Assembly: GCA_013824915.1 (NCBI GenBank)
Contig: PNOQ01000012.1
Span: forward strand, 1-57,990
Length of the DNA: 57,990 nt
Reading direction: 5' to 3'
Origin: Nanoarchaeum sp.
Lineage (GTDB): Archaea; Nanobdellota; Nanobdellia; SCGC-AAA011-G17; PNOQ01
Shown in pieces: positions 18,492 to 27,209 of the stretch. The notes under the pieces were generated by a model, which was not told the origin of the DNA, ran no database searches, and saw only the letters and a list, made by a program, of their open reading frames with translations. Every line of letters starts with the position of its first letter. Positions within the stretch are counted from its first letter, which is position 1. A program made the translations under genes and the position numbers.

Positions 18492-20315
18492 TTATTTAAA
18501 AAAATTCTCTACTTCTTTATAATCTTTAGCCACCTTAAATTTTACGGTTGAAGGAAAATATTTTCTATAATTAGGTAATAAATACCTTTCATCTAAATAA
18601 ATTACAACTCCTCTATCTTTTTCACTTCTAATACAACGCCCAGCATTTTGCATTATGTTAGTAAACGCAGGAATAATGTATCCATACTCCATTCCTTTCT
18701 TAAATTTTTCTTCATAATATCTTATTAATTCATTACTTTCTAAATCAACCTTTCCAAATGGAATACCAATTATAACAACTCCCACCAAATTATTTCCCAT
18801 TAAATCAATTCCTTCGCCAAAACTACCTGAACTAACCGCAAGTAAACTACAACCTTCATCTTTTAACTCAGAAAATCTTCTTAACAACGTTTCTCTAGAA
18901 CTTTTATCTGTGCCTTGATTTTCAATAAATATGTTTTCTCCAACTATTTTATCTTTCACTTTTTCCATTAAATCATAACTTGGGAAAAAGAATATTTTGT
19001 TTCCTTTTATTTTTTTTATTAATTCATTAACATTATCCGCAATCTTTTGGTACATACCAGAATTTCTAGCAGTAAATTTAGTACTAATAACTGGAACAAT
19101 CAAATCCAACCTATTTGATTCTGGAAAAGGATTTTCATATTCAACTTTTATTGGCATTTCTAATCCAAATATTTCTTCATACATATCCAATGGATGTAAA
19201 GTTCCACTCATGAATATATTACAATGTGCCTGCTCAATTATAGGAGTTAAAATAATACTTGGATCTAAACAATTATAATACAAACTTATAACTGGTTTGC
19301 CCATTCTATTAAAACTTCTTTTCAAAATTCTTGTAAACCTACTATCTTCTTGTTTCCACATCATTAAAAATCCGGCCAAAGAATTTAGATAACTTCTTTT
19401 TTCCTCTTCAATAACTCTCTCTGCAGTTTTAAACATTTCAGTTATAACTTCATCATTTAATATGATTAAATCATTTTTATTAACTAAAACTTCATTTTTG
19501 TCTAAACCTAACTTCTCGCTCATTTTTAATAATCTTTCTTTTAATCCGATTACAACACTAGTTAAATCTTGATTAAAACGTTCAGTTTCTTTTATTGCTG
19601 AATCCAAACTTAAAGTACTAATAAACTCACTAAGTAATTCTCTTGCTCGACCAGCCAAATTATGTGCTTCATCCCAAATGAATATACAATCTTCAACATT
19701 TTTTTCAATTTTTTTGAAAAAGTTAGCTCTCGTTATAGGATTTAAAACATGATAATAATCTGCAACAATAACTTTAGATTTTTTAGCCAAATTCGCAGCA
19801 GCTTCAAAACTACAAACATGTGCATTTTTACATTCATCTATTAATTCTTCTACATGAAATATATGACTATTTAATTCATCAGCTAATAATTTATTAGTAA
19901 AAATTCTACTTCTGCTGTAATAATTTTCATAGTATGGGCATTCTTTATTCTCGACAACATATCTACAAAAATCACCAAATTCTTTAGAACCTAATCCTCC
20001 CACATCTTCTCTTGGGCACATCCATCTTTTGCCTATAAAATCTGCAACTTGAAAATTAATTTCATTCTTATTTTTTATTATTTTTAAAGTCTCAATAGCA
20101 ATCTTATGGTGTGTATGTTTTGAAGTTAAGAATACAACATGTTTTTTATTTTCCAAAGCAAATGCCAAACTTGGTGCCAAAGTAGCAACAGTTTTACCGA
20201 CTCCAGTAGGAACATGGGCCAAAACATCTTTTTTATGTTTTAAAGCTGTATTTACAACTTTTATAAAAGAATCTTGCGCTTGTCTATGTTTTTCAAAAGG
20301 GAATAAATCTGGCAT
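18492..20315 (-). CDS. xpd: XPD/Rad3-family Fe-S DNA helicase
   Basis: Walker A motif HVPTGVGKT. Four Cys of the Fe-S domain (WMCPRE, DFCRYV, KECPYY, HVCSFE). DEAH box (WDEAHNL). The ATG at 20315 is preferred over the TTG at 20318 because a TTTATAAA box lies 29 nt upstream of it. Confidence 0.85.
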   Translation of the reverse strand: MPDLFPFEKHRQAQDSFIKVVNTALKHKKDVLAHVPTGVGKTVATLAPSLAFALENKKHVVFLTSKHTHHKIAIETLKIIKNKNEINFQVADFIGKRWMCPREDVGGLGSKEFGDFCRYVVENKECPYYENYYSRSRIFTNKLLADELNSHIFHVEELIDECKNAHVCSFEAAANLAKKSKVIVADYYHVLNPITRANFFKKIEKNVEDCIFIWDEAHNLAGRARELLSEFISTLSLDSAIKETERFNQDLTSVVIGLKERLLKMSEKLGLDKNEVLVNKNDLIILNDEVITEMFKTAERVIEEEKRSYLNSLAGFLMMWKQEDSRFTRILKRSFNRMGKPVISLYYNCLDPSIILTPIIEQAHCNIFMSGTLHPLDMYEEIFGLEMPIKVEYENPFPESNRLDLIVPVISTKFTARNSGMYQKIADNVNELIKKIKGNKIFFFPSYDLMEKVKDKIVGENIFIENQGTDKSSRETLLRRFSELKDEGCSLLAVSSGSFGEGIDLMGNNLVGVVIIGIPFGKVDLESNELIRYYEEKFKKGMEYGYIIPAFTNIMQNAGRCIRSEKDRGVVIYLDERYLLPNYRKYFPSTVKFKVAKDYKEVENFFK

Positions 20316-20369
20316 CAAAAATAAAAAATTAACTGATTTATAAATTATTAGGTGATATAAATGAATGTT

Positions 20370-23300
20370 TTACATATTCTTTAAATTATCTACGGGTTTG
20401 TAATTCACAATCACTATTTCCCCTATACTTATTACATCTTTATATCTTATTATAACTCCTCTAATCTTAGTTTTTTTATTCAATTTTATTATTAAACTAT
20501 CAACTTTATTCTTATGAACAATTACTTCTATTATTCTACCAACATAATGTCCAGAATCGGTGTATACATTCTTTTTTATTAAACCTAACACAGTATTTTT
20601 AGGGTATTTTGGGCCACATAATCTATGTCTAACCACAAGTATGTATAACACAAATATCAATATTAAGAATGATGCTATATACGGAAGCATAATCAAACTG
20701 TATGGACTAAAATACGTCTTAGATACTACTCCTGTAAGCAAATTGTCCACAGAAAGATGTTCTACAATCACAACTATGCAAATCGGGATAAATATCAAAA
20801 ATATTTTCTTCACAACAGTGTGGTATTTTATTTTTATCGACAAAACAATTATTAGTAAGATAATTATTAAAAATGCATAAATCAAGATATTATCTAACCC
20901 ACCGAAACTAATTTGTACTTTTCTTTCTTCAATCGTATTAGTTTTTACTTGAAGCACAGCATTTTCATCTTTATTTACTTCATCCGAACTAATTATAAAC
21001 TTGAAAAAGTATTTGTTAATTTCTTCAGTTGGTGTAAAAACCACAGTGTAAGTTTGTGTACTCATAGGTTCAATATCTACTTCATTGGGAGTTATGGAAT
21101 AAAACTCTAATGGTAATCCAGATATTATTACTTTAACATTATGTAATGTTTTATTTCCAGCATTTTTTATAATAATATCTTCGGTTTTATCTTCCCCTGA
21201 AATTATTATTATATTACTTGGATAATCAACAATTTGTATTATTCCTTCAGATTCTAAGATTGCGTTACCGTTTATTATACTATTAGAAATAGTTGCTCCA
21301 CCATTTCCTCCTCCACCAGTATTAGAAGAATCTGTCTGATCGTCCCCATCAGTCTGATTGGATGAAGTTACCTCAAAACTATCAAAAGAAGTTGCAGTTC
21401 CACCAACCCAAGTTACCAAAGACATAAATTTGTAACTCCCTGAAGAAGATGGTGAAGTTAAGGTAGCCGTTATATCTGTATTACTTGAAGCTCCAACATA
21501 TATAGTTTGTTGACCAGAACTATAATTAGTTGTTTCATTACTATTAGTAATCCAATAATCAATTACAAAATCTTGTCCAATATCCGGATTTTGATTTTCC
21601 ACAGTTATATTAGTGTTAAATGACGTAGAGGTTAATACTGAGGCAGGAGCGTAAACAATAGCATCAGCCGGTCCACCATAACCCGGTATTCTTACTAATA
21701 TTTGATTCGAAGAATATGTTATAGTATTTACAGTAGCGGTAGTGCTTACAAATAATTTATTAGTATTAGATGCAGCCTTATCAATTATAACTATACTTGA
21801 ATTGAAATAAGACATAGTTCTATTCAAGTCTATTAATTCATTTAAACTCAAATCAGAATCTATCAATGTTATCGAATTTAAGTCAACTCCACCAGAATTT
21901 ACAACTTCGATACTTAAATTATATGTAACTGTTGTACTATTTTCTGACAAATAATATGCATTTTTAATTAAACTAATTTGTTGTTCAGGTGTAGTTTCTG
22001 GAATTGTTAATATTATTTCTAATGAATTTGCTGAAACTTCGCTACTATCATACGAATCTGTTCCATTTGCCTCAGCAATTGCGAAAGTTACATTATAATT
22101 AGTGCTATTTCTAATAAATGTTTTAATATAACTAACAGCATAAGAACTGTTAATAGCAATATTTCCAATATTATATGGACTAGATCCCGAATCAGAATCG
22201 GTAATAACAACACTAGTTGCATTACTTCCCCCTTTATTTGTTGCCCTAAGAGTTATATTATAATCTATTGTCTCATTAGTTAAATTATACATAGAAATAA
22301 TTTTATCTATAACTAAAGATGCACCACTATTTAATGCAGGGACTAAAACACTAATTAGTTCAGAATCTGCTTCAATCAAATTAGAATATAAATAATCGGT
22401 TGCATTAACAGTTGCTATTGCAAGATTTTGATTTCTTGAAACACTTGTTTTATTTAAAGTTAATAAATAACTTCTTGTTTCAGTCTGTGTAGCAACTAAA
22501 GTTCCAATATTATATGAATTAGAAACGTAATCTCCATCATATATGAAAACGTTTGTAGCATTTCTGCCCCCTGTATTTGTAACACTCAAACTTATATTAT
22601 ATGTTACAGTTGTATCATTAGATGAATAAGAAGAAGCAGATTTATGTAATATTAATGATGAATTTGATTCTAAAGCAGGAATTAATATTTGTAATTCATT
22701 AGAATAATATGTTGTTAAACCTAGGGTTGCATTGGTTTTAACAAATGTATAGTTTTGTGAATCTACAGATTTTGAAATTGTTTTAGTTCCTGAACTTAAA
22801 TAACTTTCAGTTCTATTCAAATCAATTTGTGTATTTAAATTAATATCTGAATCATTCACGATAATTCCAGTTAAATCAGCTCCTCCAGAATTTACAACTT
22901 CAATACTTAAATTATATGTAACTGTTGTACTATTATCTGATAAAAACTGAGCATTTTTTAATATATTTAATTGGGTATCTGACACAGTAGATGGTATGTT
23001 TATCATAATTTGTGAAGAGCTTGCTGAAACTTCGCTATCATCATATAAATTTGTCCCATTCACAAAAGCTATAGCTAAACTAACATTATAACCGCTAGAA
23101 TTTCTTATATAACTTTTTAAATAACTCCTCTCAACACTATTGCCATAATTAATATTCCCTACATTGTATGGGCTCGCGCTCGAATCAGAATCGGTAATAA
23201 CAACACTAGTTGCATTACTCCCTCCTTTATTTGTTGCCTTTAAACTTATATTATAAGTTACACTCGTTGAGTTTAATTCATAGAAAGATATACTTTTTTC

Positions 23301-26300
23301 CATAGTTATTGATGCAGAGTTTCCTATAATTATTTCGTCTGTACAAGATTTACTGAAACCTAAATATAATCCAGTAGAGTTTAAACTATAACTTCCTGCG
23401 CTTAGATTAGAAAAACTAGTTTCAAAAACGCCATTACTATTTATCGTTGCATTTTTTGTAGAAATTAAACTTAAACCTTCTAAAACACTAACGTTAAGAC
23501 TACCAGAACTCAAATAATTTATACCATCGCTAACATTACCTTTTACTAATATCAAAGCATTTTCTTGGTAAGGCCCACCAGCTTCACAATTAACTGTCAA
23601 ATTAATCACATTAAAATAATTATAATCTCTAGTTGAATTCTTAAAACCGTTAGAAGTTTTTATTGACCAATTGTGTTGACTCAAATTTAAACTAGTCCAA
23701 TTATAGATTAATTCTGTACCATTGATTATATTCTCGCTCGTATTTGCTAAAACGTCGTCTACATAAAGATACACAGTCATGTTTCTTAAATCACTATCAA
23801 ACACAGTATAATTTAACAAAACAGATGAAACATCATTGATATAAGAATTATTCCCTGGATAATTAAAACTATAAGATGGTTGGGAAATTATAACGGAAAA
23901 GTTTCTTAATTCAGACGTATTTATGTTACCTGCTGAATCATAACACTCGATAGACCAATTATGATTTCTTTCTTGTAAATTTTCAACAACAAAATTTGTT
24001 ATTGTTCCATTAGAAACAGATGTATTTGTTTGATTTATTGTGTTATCAATGTAAATACTACAATTTAAATCTCCAATTGAATCATCTAATGTAGTAAAAT
24101 TGAAAGTTATATTTTGCGATGAACTATTAAAATTATTTTCTGGGTAATTTAATACTATTGTAGGTAACGCAGATGTTGCAAGTATAGAATAATTTCCTCC
24201 ATGTGTAACATTGAAAGTCACATTTCCTGCTTGAAGTGAAGTAAGATTTACACATATGGTTTCTGGGCAAACAGCTCCATTTCTGTATATTTGTAATTCG
24301 GTAGACGTTGTAGAAACGTTATAAAATGTTATTACTGCAGATTTATTTAAAGCAGCAGTACTTTCGTCTATTCCAGCTAAATTAGGTTGTATAAATATTC
24401 TATTACTAAATAAAGTACTAGCTCCAGATAGCACGGAACCAAATTCTATTTGTCCAGCAGATTCATTTCTTACAATCAAAGTGCCAGCAGTACCAGTAAA
24501 TGAATAATTCCCGAGTGTTTGGTCTATAAGTATAGTTCCGTTTGTAGATGCAGTTTCAAAATTTAAATCTCTACCCGAAATACTTATAAGTCTGTTATTT
24601 TTTAATATGTTGTTTACAGGATAGCCTCCAGCTGCAACGTATAAAAATCCAAACGCATGTGAATCTGTTCCGCCCAAAGTTGAAATATTATTATTTTCTA
24701 TTGTATTTCCCATTGAGCTTGAATGTAAATATACGGCATGATTTGTAGTAGACCCAGATGTTGAAAATACATTATCTTCAAAGATATTATAATGACTTTC
24801 TGATATATACACACCTACATTAAGAGCTCCAGTCCCACCAGTATGTACGTCATTTCCACTATATACGCCCCACCTAGAATTAGTAAAACTATAAATCCCG
24901 TAATTATATCTTCCTCCATCGTTATAAATCGTATTATTGTAAACTTCAGAGAAATAAGAAGATGCTCCAACTGCGATTCCATGATTATTTGTAGTTGTTC
25001 CAGCTACCCTTGTAGAACCATTAGCAGTTATATTATTGCCTATCAATTTATTATAATTTGCACTATTGACATATATCCCATAATTGGTTGTTGTTCCATA
25101 AGTAGAAATTATATTATTCTCTATTGTATTATTGTTTGCTTGAGTAAGAATATAGATTCCGTGATTGGTTGTTGTGCCCATTGTAGAAATGTTATTTGCT
25201 GCAACGTAATTATTATTACAAGTAAGTAAATGAATTCCATAATTAGTAGTACCTGCACCAAGTGTGGAAACTGTATTATTTATTATTCTATTTTCATTTG
25301 TTCCCGTACTCAAATAAATACCGAAATTAGCATTGGTTGTCCCGTAAGTTGTTACGGTATTTTTTTCTATAAGATTATCTACACCATCATAAAGCAAATA
25401 TATACCATATGCAGGTGTAGAAGCTGAAGAATAAATAGTGTTATTCCTTACAATATTTGAAGGTGCAGCAGCAGATAAATATACTCCTACATTTGTAGCT
25501 CCAGTTCCATTGATGTTTATAGAATTATTTTCAATAATATTGTTTGGCGAGGTAGTAATTAACACACCGTTTAATATCGTTATACCCTTGATGTGTATAC
25601 TATTATTTATTATAAGATTAGAATATGAAGTAGTAGTCAAAACACCATTAAATGTAGTTGCAGTGCCGTTCCCCAAGATGTTAATATTATTATTTTCTAT
25701 ACGACTATTAGCAGAAGAAGTACAAGATATAGCATTGACCGTAGAAGTTGCATTAATCAAAATATCATTATTTAAAACTGAACTACCTGGTGAGGCAGTA
25801 ACTAAAACTCCATCTGCAGTAGTTATAGCTGGACGAAGGATAGTTATATTATTATTTTGAATAGTTGTATATTGTGCGTTAGCAGCATAAACTCCTCTTA
25901 AAGTACCAGTTCCGATAGGAGTTATTGTGTTATTTATTACATTGTTCGAAGGCCCCCTCAAAATGTATATTCCATAACCTGTTGCAGCAGTTAGATTCAT
26001 AACAATAATATTATTTTGAATATTATTCGATTCGGCATTATTATTAATATATATATTATATCCTCTTTGATAACCTTGCCCGTAAATATAGTTATTTGTA
26101 ATATTATTCAGATTACTCCCTACAATTGTAATCGTATGTGGATCAGCATTAGCTGCAGCAACAGTTGAAATTGTGGAAAGATTATTATTATCTATAATAT
26201 TACTGTTAGCATCTGCTGAAAGATAAATTGCAGAACTTGTTAATGTTCCAACACCATTAATATTATTTCCCGTTATGTTATTATATGATGCTTCCGTAAT

Positions 26301-26810
26301 CAAGTAAAGCCCTATGTTTGTTACACCGCTTCCAAGTGTGTTAATAGTATTATTTTCTATCCTATTACGTTTGCATCCAGTTGTAAGTGTAACGCCATGA
26401 TTTAGTGTAGTTCCATTTGTTTGTATAGTATTATTAAAAATATAAGAATCTGTGACTCTTGTAAACTGAATACCCCCAGAAGGTGTTCCTGCTGCAGTCG
26501 TATCTCTGATATCACAATTTCTTATTGTAATATTATCTAATGGTACAAGCAAATAAATAGCATTAATCCCATAATTTGTAGCTCCACCAGCCGTGTTGTA
26601 ATAAATAGTTGAACCATTACAATTAAGATCGACATTACTAGTTGCAATAGTCATACACGTTGCAGTTCCACTTATACTCTGGTTTAATTCATAATATCCG
26701 GAACTACTGATTGTACCACACGCACTAATTATATCTGCTGAAGTAAATTCAATAACAAAAAATGTACAAATTATCAAAAGAATAAAATATTTTTTATTCA
26801 TTTTTTTCAC
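20370..26810 (-). CDS. giant (2146 aa) envelope protein: signal peptide, parallel beta-helix repeats, Ig/CARDB/DUF11-like modules, 3 TM helices and a PRC-barrel-like C-terminal domain
   Basis: One uninterrupted ORF. Domain calls come from reading repeat patterns in the translation (see findings). Confidence 0.9.
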   Translation of the reverse strand: MKKMNKKYFILLIICTFFVIEFTSADIISACGTISSSGYYELNQSISGTATCMTIATSNVDLNCNGSTIYYNTAGGATNYGINAIYLLVPLDNITIRNCDIRDTTAAGTPSGGIQFTRVTDSYIFNNTIQTNGTTLNHGVTLTTGCKRNRIENNTINTLGSGVTNIGLYLITEASYNNITGNNINGVGTLTSSAIYLSADANSNIIDNNNLSTISTVAAANADPHTITIVGSNLNNITNNYIYGQGYQRGYNIYINNNAESNNIQNNIIVMNLTAATGYGIYILRGPSNNVINNTITPIGTGTLRGVYAANAQYTTIQNNNITILRPAITTADGVLVTASPGSSVLNNDILINATSTVNAISCTSSANSRIENNNINILGNGTATTFNGVLTTTSYSNLIINNSIHIKGITILNGVLITTSPNNIIENNSININGTGATNVGVYLSAAAPSNIVRNNTIYSSASTPAYGIYLLYDGVDNLIEKNTVTTYGTTNANFGIYLSTGTNENRIINNTVSTLGAGTTNYGIHLLTCNNNYVAANNISTMGTTTNHGIYILTQANNNTIENNIISTYGTTTNYGIYVNSANYNKLIGNNITANGSTRVAGTTTNNHGIAVGASSYFSEVYNNTIYNDGGRYNYGIYSFTNSRWGVYSGNDVHTGGTGALNVGVYISESHYNIFEDNVFSTSGSTTNHAVYLHSSSMGNTIENNNISTLGGTDSHAFGFLYVAAGGYPVNNILKNNRLISISGRDLNFETASTNGTILIDQTLGNYSFTGTAGTLIVRNESAGQIEFGSVLSGASTLFSNRIFIQPNLAGIDESTAALNKSAVITFYNVSTTSTELQIYRNGAVCPETICVNLTSLQAGNVTFNVTHGGNYSILATSALPTIVLNYPENNFNSSSQNITFNFTTLDDSIGDLNCSIYIDNTINQTNTSVSNGTITNFVVENLQERNHNWSIECYDSAGNINTSELRNFSVIISQPSYSFNYPGNNSYINDVSSVLLNYTVFDSDLRNMTVYLYVDDVLANTSENIINGTELIYNWTSLNLSQHNWSIKTSNGFKNSTRDYNYFNVINLTVNCEAGGPYQENALILVKGNVSDGINYLSSGSLNVSVLEGLSLISTKNATINSNGVFETSFSNLSAGSYSLNSTGLYLGFSKSCTDEIIIGNSASITMEKSISFYELNSTSVTYNISLKATNKGGSNATSVVITDSDSSASPYNVGNINYGNSVERSYLKSYIRNSSGYNVSLAIAFVNGTNLYDDSEVSASSSQIMINIPSTVSDTQLNILKNAQFLSDNSTTVTYNLSIEVVNSGGADLTGIIVNDSDINLNTQIDLNRTESYLSSGTKTISKSVDSQNYTFVKTNATLGLTTYYSNELQILIPALESNSSLILHKSASSYSSNDTTVTYNISLSVTNTGGRNATNVFIYDGDYVSNSYNIGTLVATQTETRSYLLTLNKTSVSRNQNLAIATVNATDYLYSNLIEADSELISVLVPALNSGASLVIDKIISMYNLTNETIDYNITLRATNKGGSNATSVVITDSDSGSSPYNIGNIAINSSYAVSYIKTFIRNSTNYNVTFAIAEANGTDSYDSSEVSANSLEIILTIPETTPEQQISLIKNAYYLSENSTTVTYNLSIEVVNSGGVDLNSITLIDSDLSLNELIDLNRTMSYFNSSIVIIDKAASNTNKLFVSTTATVNTITYSSNQILVRIPGYGGPADAIVYAPASVLTSTSFNTNITVENQNPDIGQDFVIDYWITNSNETTNYSSGQQTIYVGASSNTDITATLTSPSSSGSYKFMSLVTWVGGTATSFDSFEVTSSNQTDGDDQTDSSNTGGGGNGGATISNSIINGNAILESEGIIQIVDYPSNIIIISGEDKTEDIIIKNAGNKTLHNVKVIISGLPLEFYSITPNEVDIEPMSTQTYTVVFTPTEEINKYFFKFIISSDEVNKDENAVLQVKTNTIEERKVQISFGGLDNILIYAFLIIILLIIVLSIKIKYHTVVKKIFLIFIPICIVVIVEHLSVDNLLTGVVSKTYFSPYSLIMLPYIASFLILIFVLYILVVRHRLCGPKYPKNTVLGLIKKNVYTDSGHYVGRIIEVIVHKNKVDSLIIKLNKKTKIRGVIIRYKDVISIGEIVIVNYKPVDNLKNM
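21690..23320 (-). repeat. in-frame tandem duplication, period 993 nt (331 codons), of ~110-aa DUF11/conserved-repeat-like modules
   Basis: An identical 39-mer occurs at 22188-22226 and 23181-23219. An identical 32-mer tract follows 21892 and 22885. Module order is A1-B1-C-A2-B2. Outer boundaries are approximate. Confidence 0.85.
24560..26640 (-). repeat. coding repeats: ~22-23-aa parallel beta-helix (PbH1/NosD-like) turns
   Basis: Dozens of iterations of the pattern N-N-x-I-x-x-x-G-(T/S)-x-x-x-G-I-Y-(L/I) run from about aa 57 to aa 750. Boundaries are approximate. Confidence 0.75.
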
Positions 26811-27048
26811 CCATTTCAGTTATTGCCTGTTCAGGGCTTTTTAGTTTGTATACTCTTTTTCTACCATCAGTTTCGTCTAGTTTTATCTCCAACCAATTAT
26901 TTTTTTTCAACTTAGAAATAGCAATGCTCACCGTTTTTTCATTATTAAGAACATTAGAAGCGGCATCATGATCAAACTCCTTATCCTGGAAGGTGTTCCA
27001 TAAAATAGAATATCTCTGCATAATCCACTTAGGTAAAGGTAAGGCCAT
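26794..27048 (-). CDS. small winged-helix-like DNA-binding protein (84 aa)
   Basis: The pattern ...VSIAISKLKKNNWLEIKLDETDGRKRVYKL is consistent with a recognition helix plus a beta-wing. Its 3' end overlaps the giant-gene start by 17 nt. Confidence 0.55.
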   Translation of the reverse strand: MALPLPKWIMQRYSILWNTFQDKEFDHDAASNVLNNEKTVSIAISKLKKNNWLEIKLDETDGRKRVYKLKSPEQAITEMGEKNE

Positions 27049-27180
27049 TTATAGATATATTATTTATGCTATTAATATATAAAGTTTACTGTTAACATAT
27101 AGATTAACAAAAAATATACAAAATATGAATATATTACTTATACAAATAGAATATATAAATCTAATTCCACTTTCAAAATC

Positions 27181-27188
27181 TATATAAA
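27181..27188 (+). promoter_or_regulatory. TATA-box-like element (TATATAAA)
   Basis: Lies 29 nt upstream of the ATG at 27210. Confidence 0.5.
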
Positions 27189-27209
27189 TCCAATCACACA
27201 ATTTAATCT

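Noticed and set aside
2210-19278. Many 60-95-aa antisense ORFs in the track: 2210-2425, 2429-2632, 7198-7389, 8765-9040, 9404-9682, 10808-11059, 11750-11983, 11869-12144, 13757-13966, 14817-15035, 17022-17219, 18213-18473 and 18997-19278.
   Set aside because: Each lies wholly inside a longer ORF on the other strand that has clear family motifs (transglutaminase, P-type ATPase, MetK, AspRS, MgtC, XPD and others). None has a TATA box or SD at the expected spacing.
20560-21110. Plus-strand ORFs of 106 and 65 aa opposite the TM/PRC-barrel end of the giant gene.
   Set aside because: Same reasoning. They are antisense shadows of an AT-rich coding region, with low-complexity translations.
24843-25860. 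Three long plus-strand ORFs (128, 65 and 140 aa) opposite the beta-helix region of the giant gene.
   Set aside because: Their translations are Cys/Ile/Ser-rich low-complexity strings with no starts supported by a promoter or SD. They arise because the repetitive AAT/ATT/ACT/GGT-rich sense codons rarely produce stops on the antisense strand. The sense ORF has coherent domain structure.
27049-27209. The AT-rich divergent spacer upstream of the wHTH/giant-gene operon contains reiterated (T)ATATA(A) motifs (tagatatat, taatatataaag, acatatagat, gaatatatta, gaatatataaat, ctatataaat). I considered an operator array for the wHTH protein.
   Set aside because: In a spacer that is nearly pure A/T, such motifs are expected by chance and overlap ordinary TATA boxes. 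No clear dyad or fixed periodicity could be established by eye.
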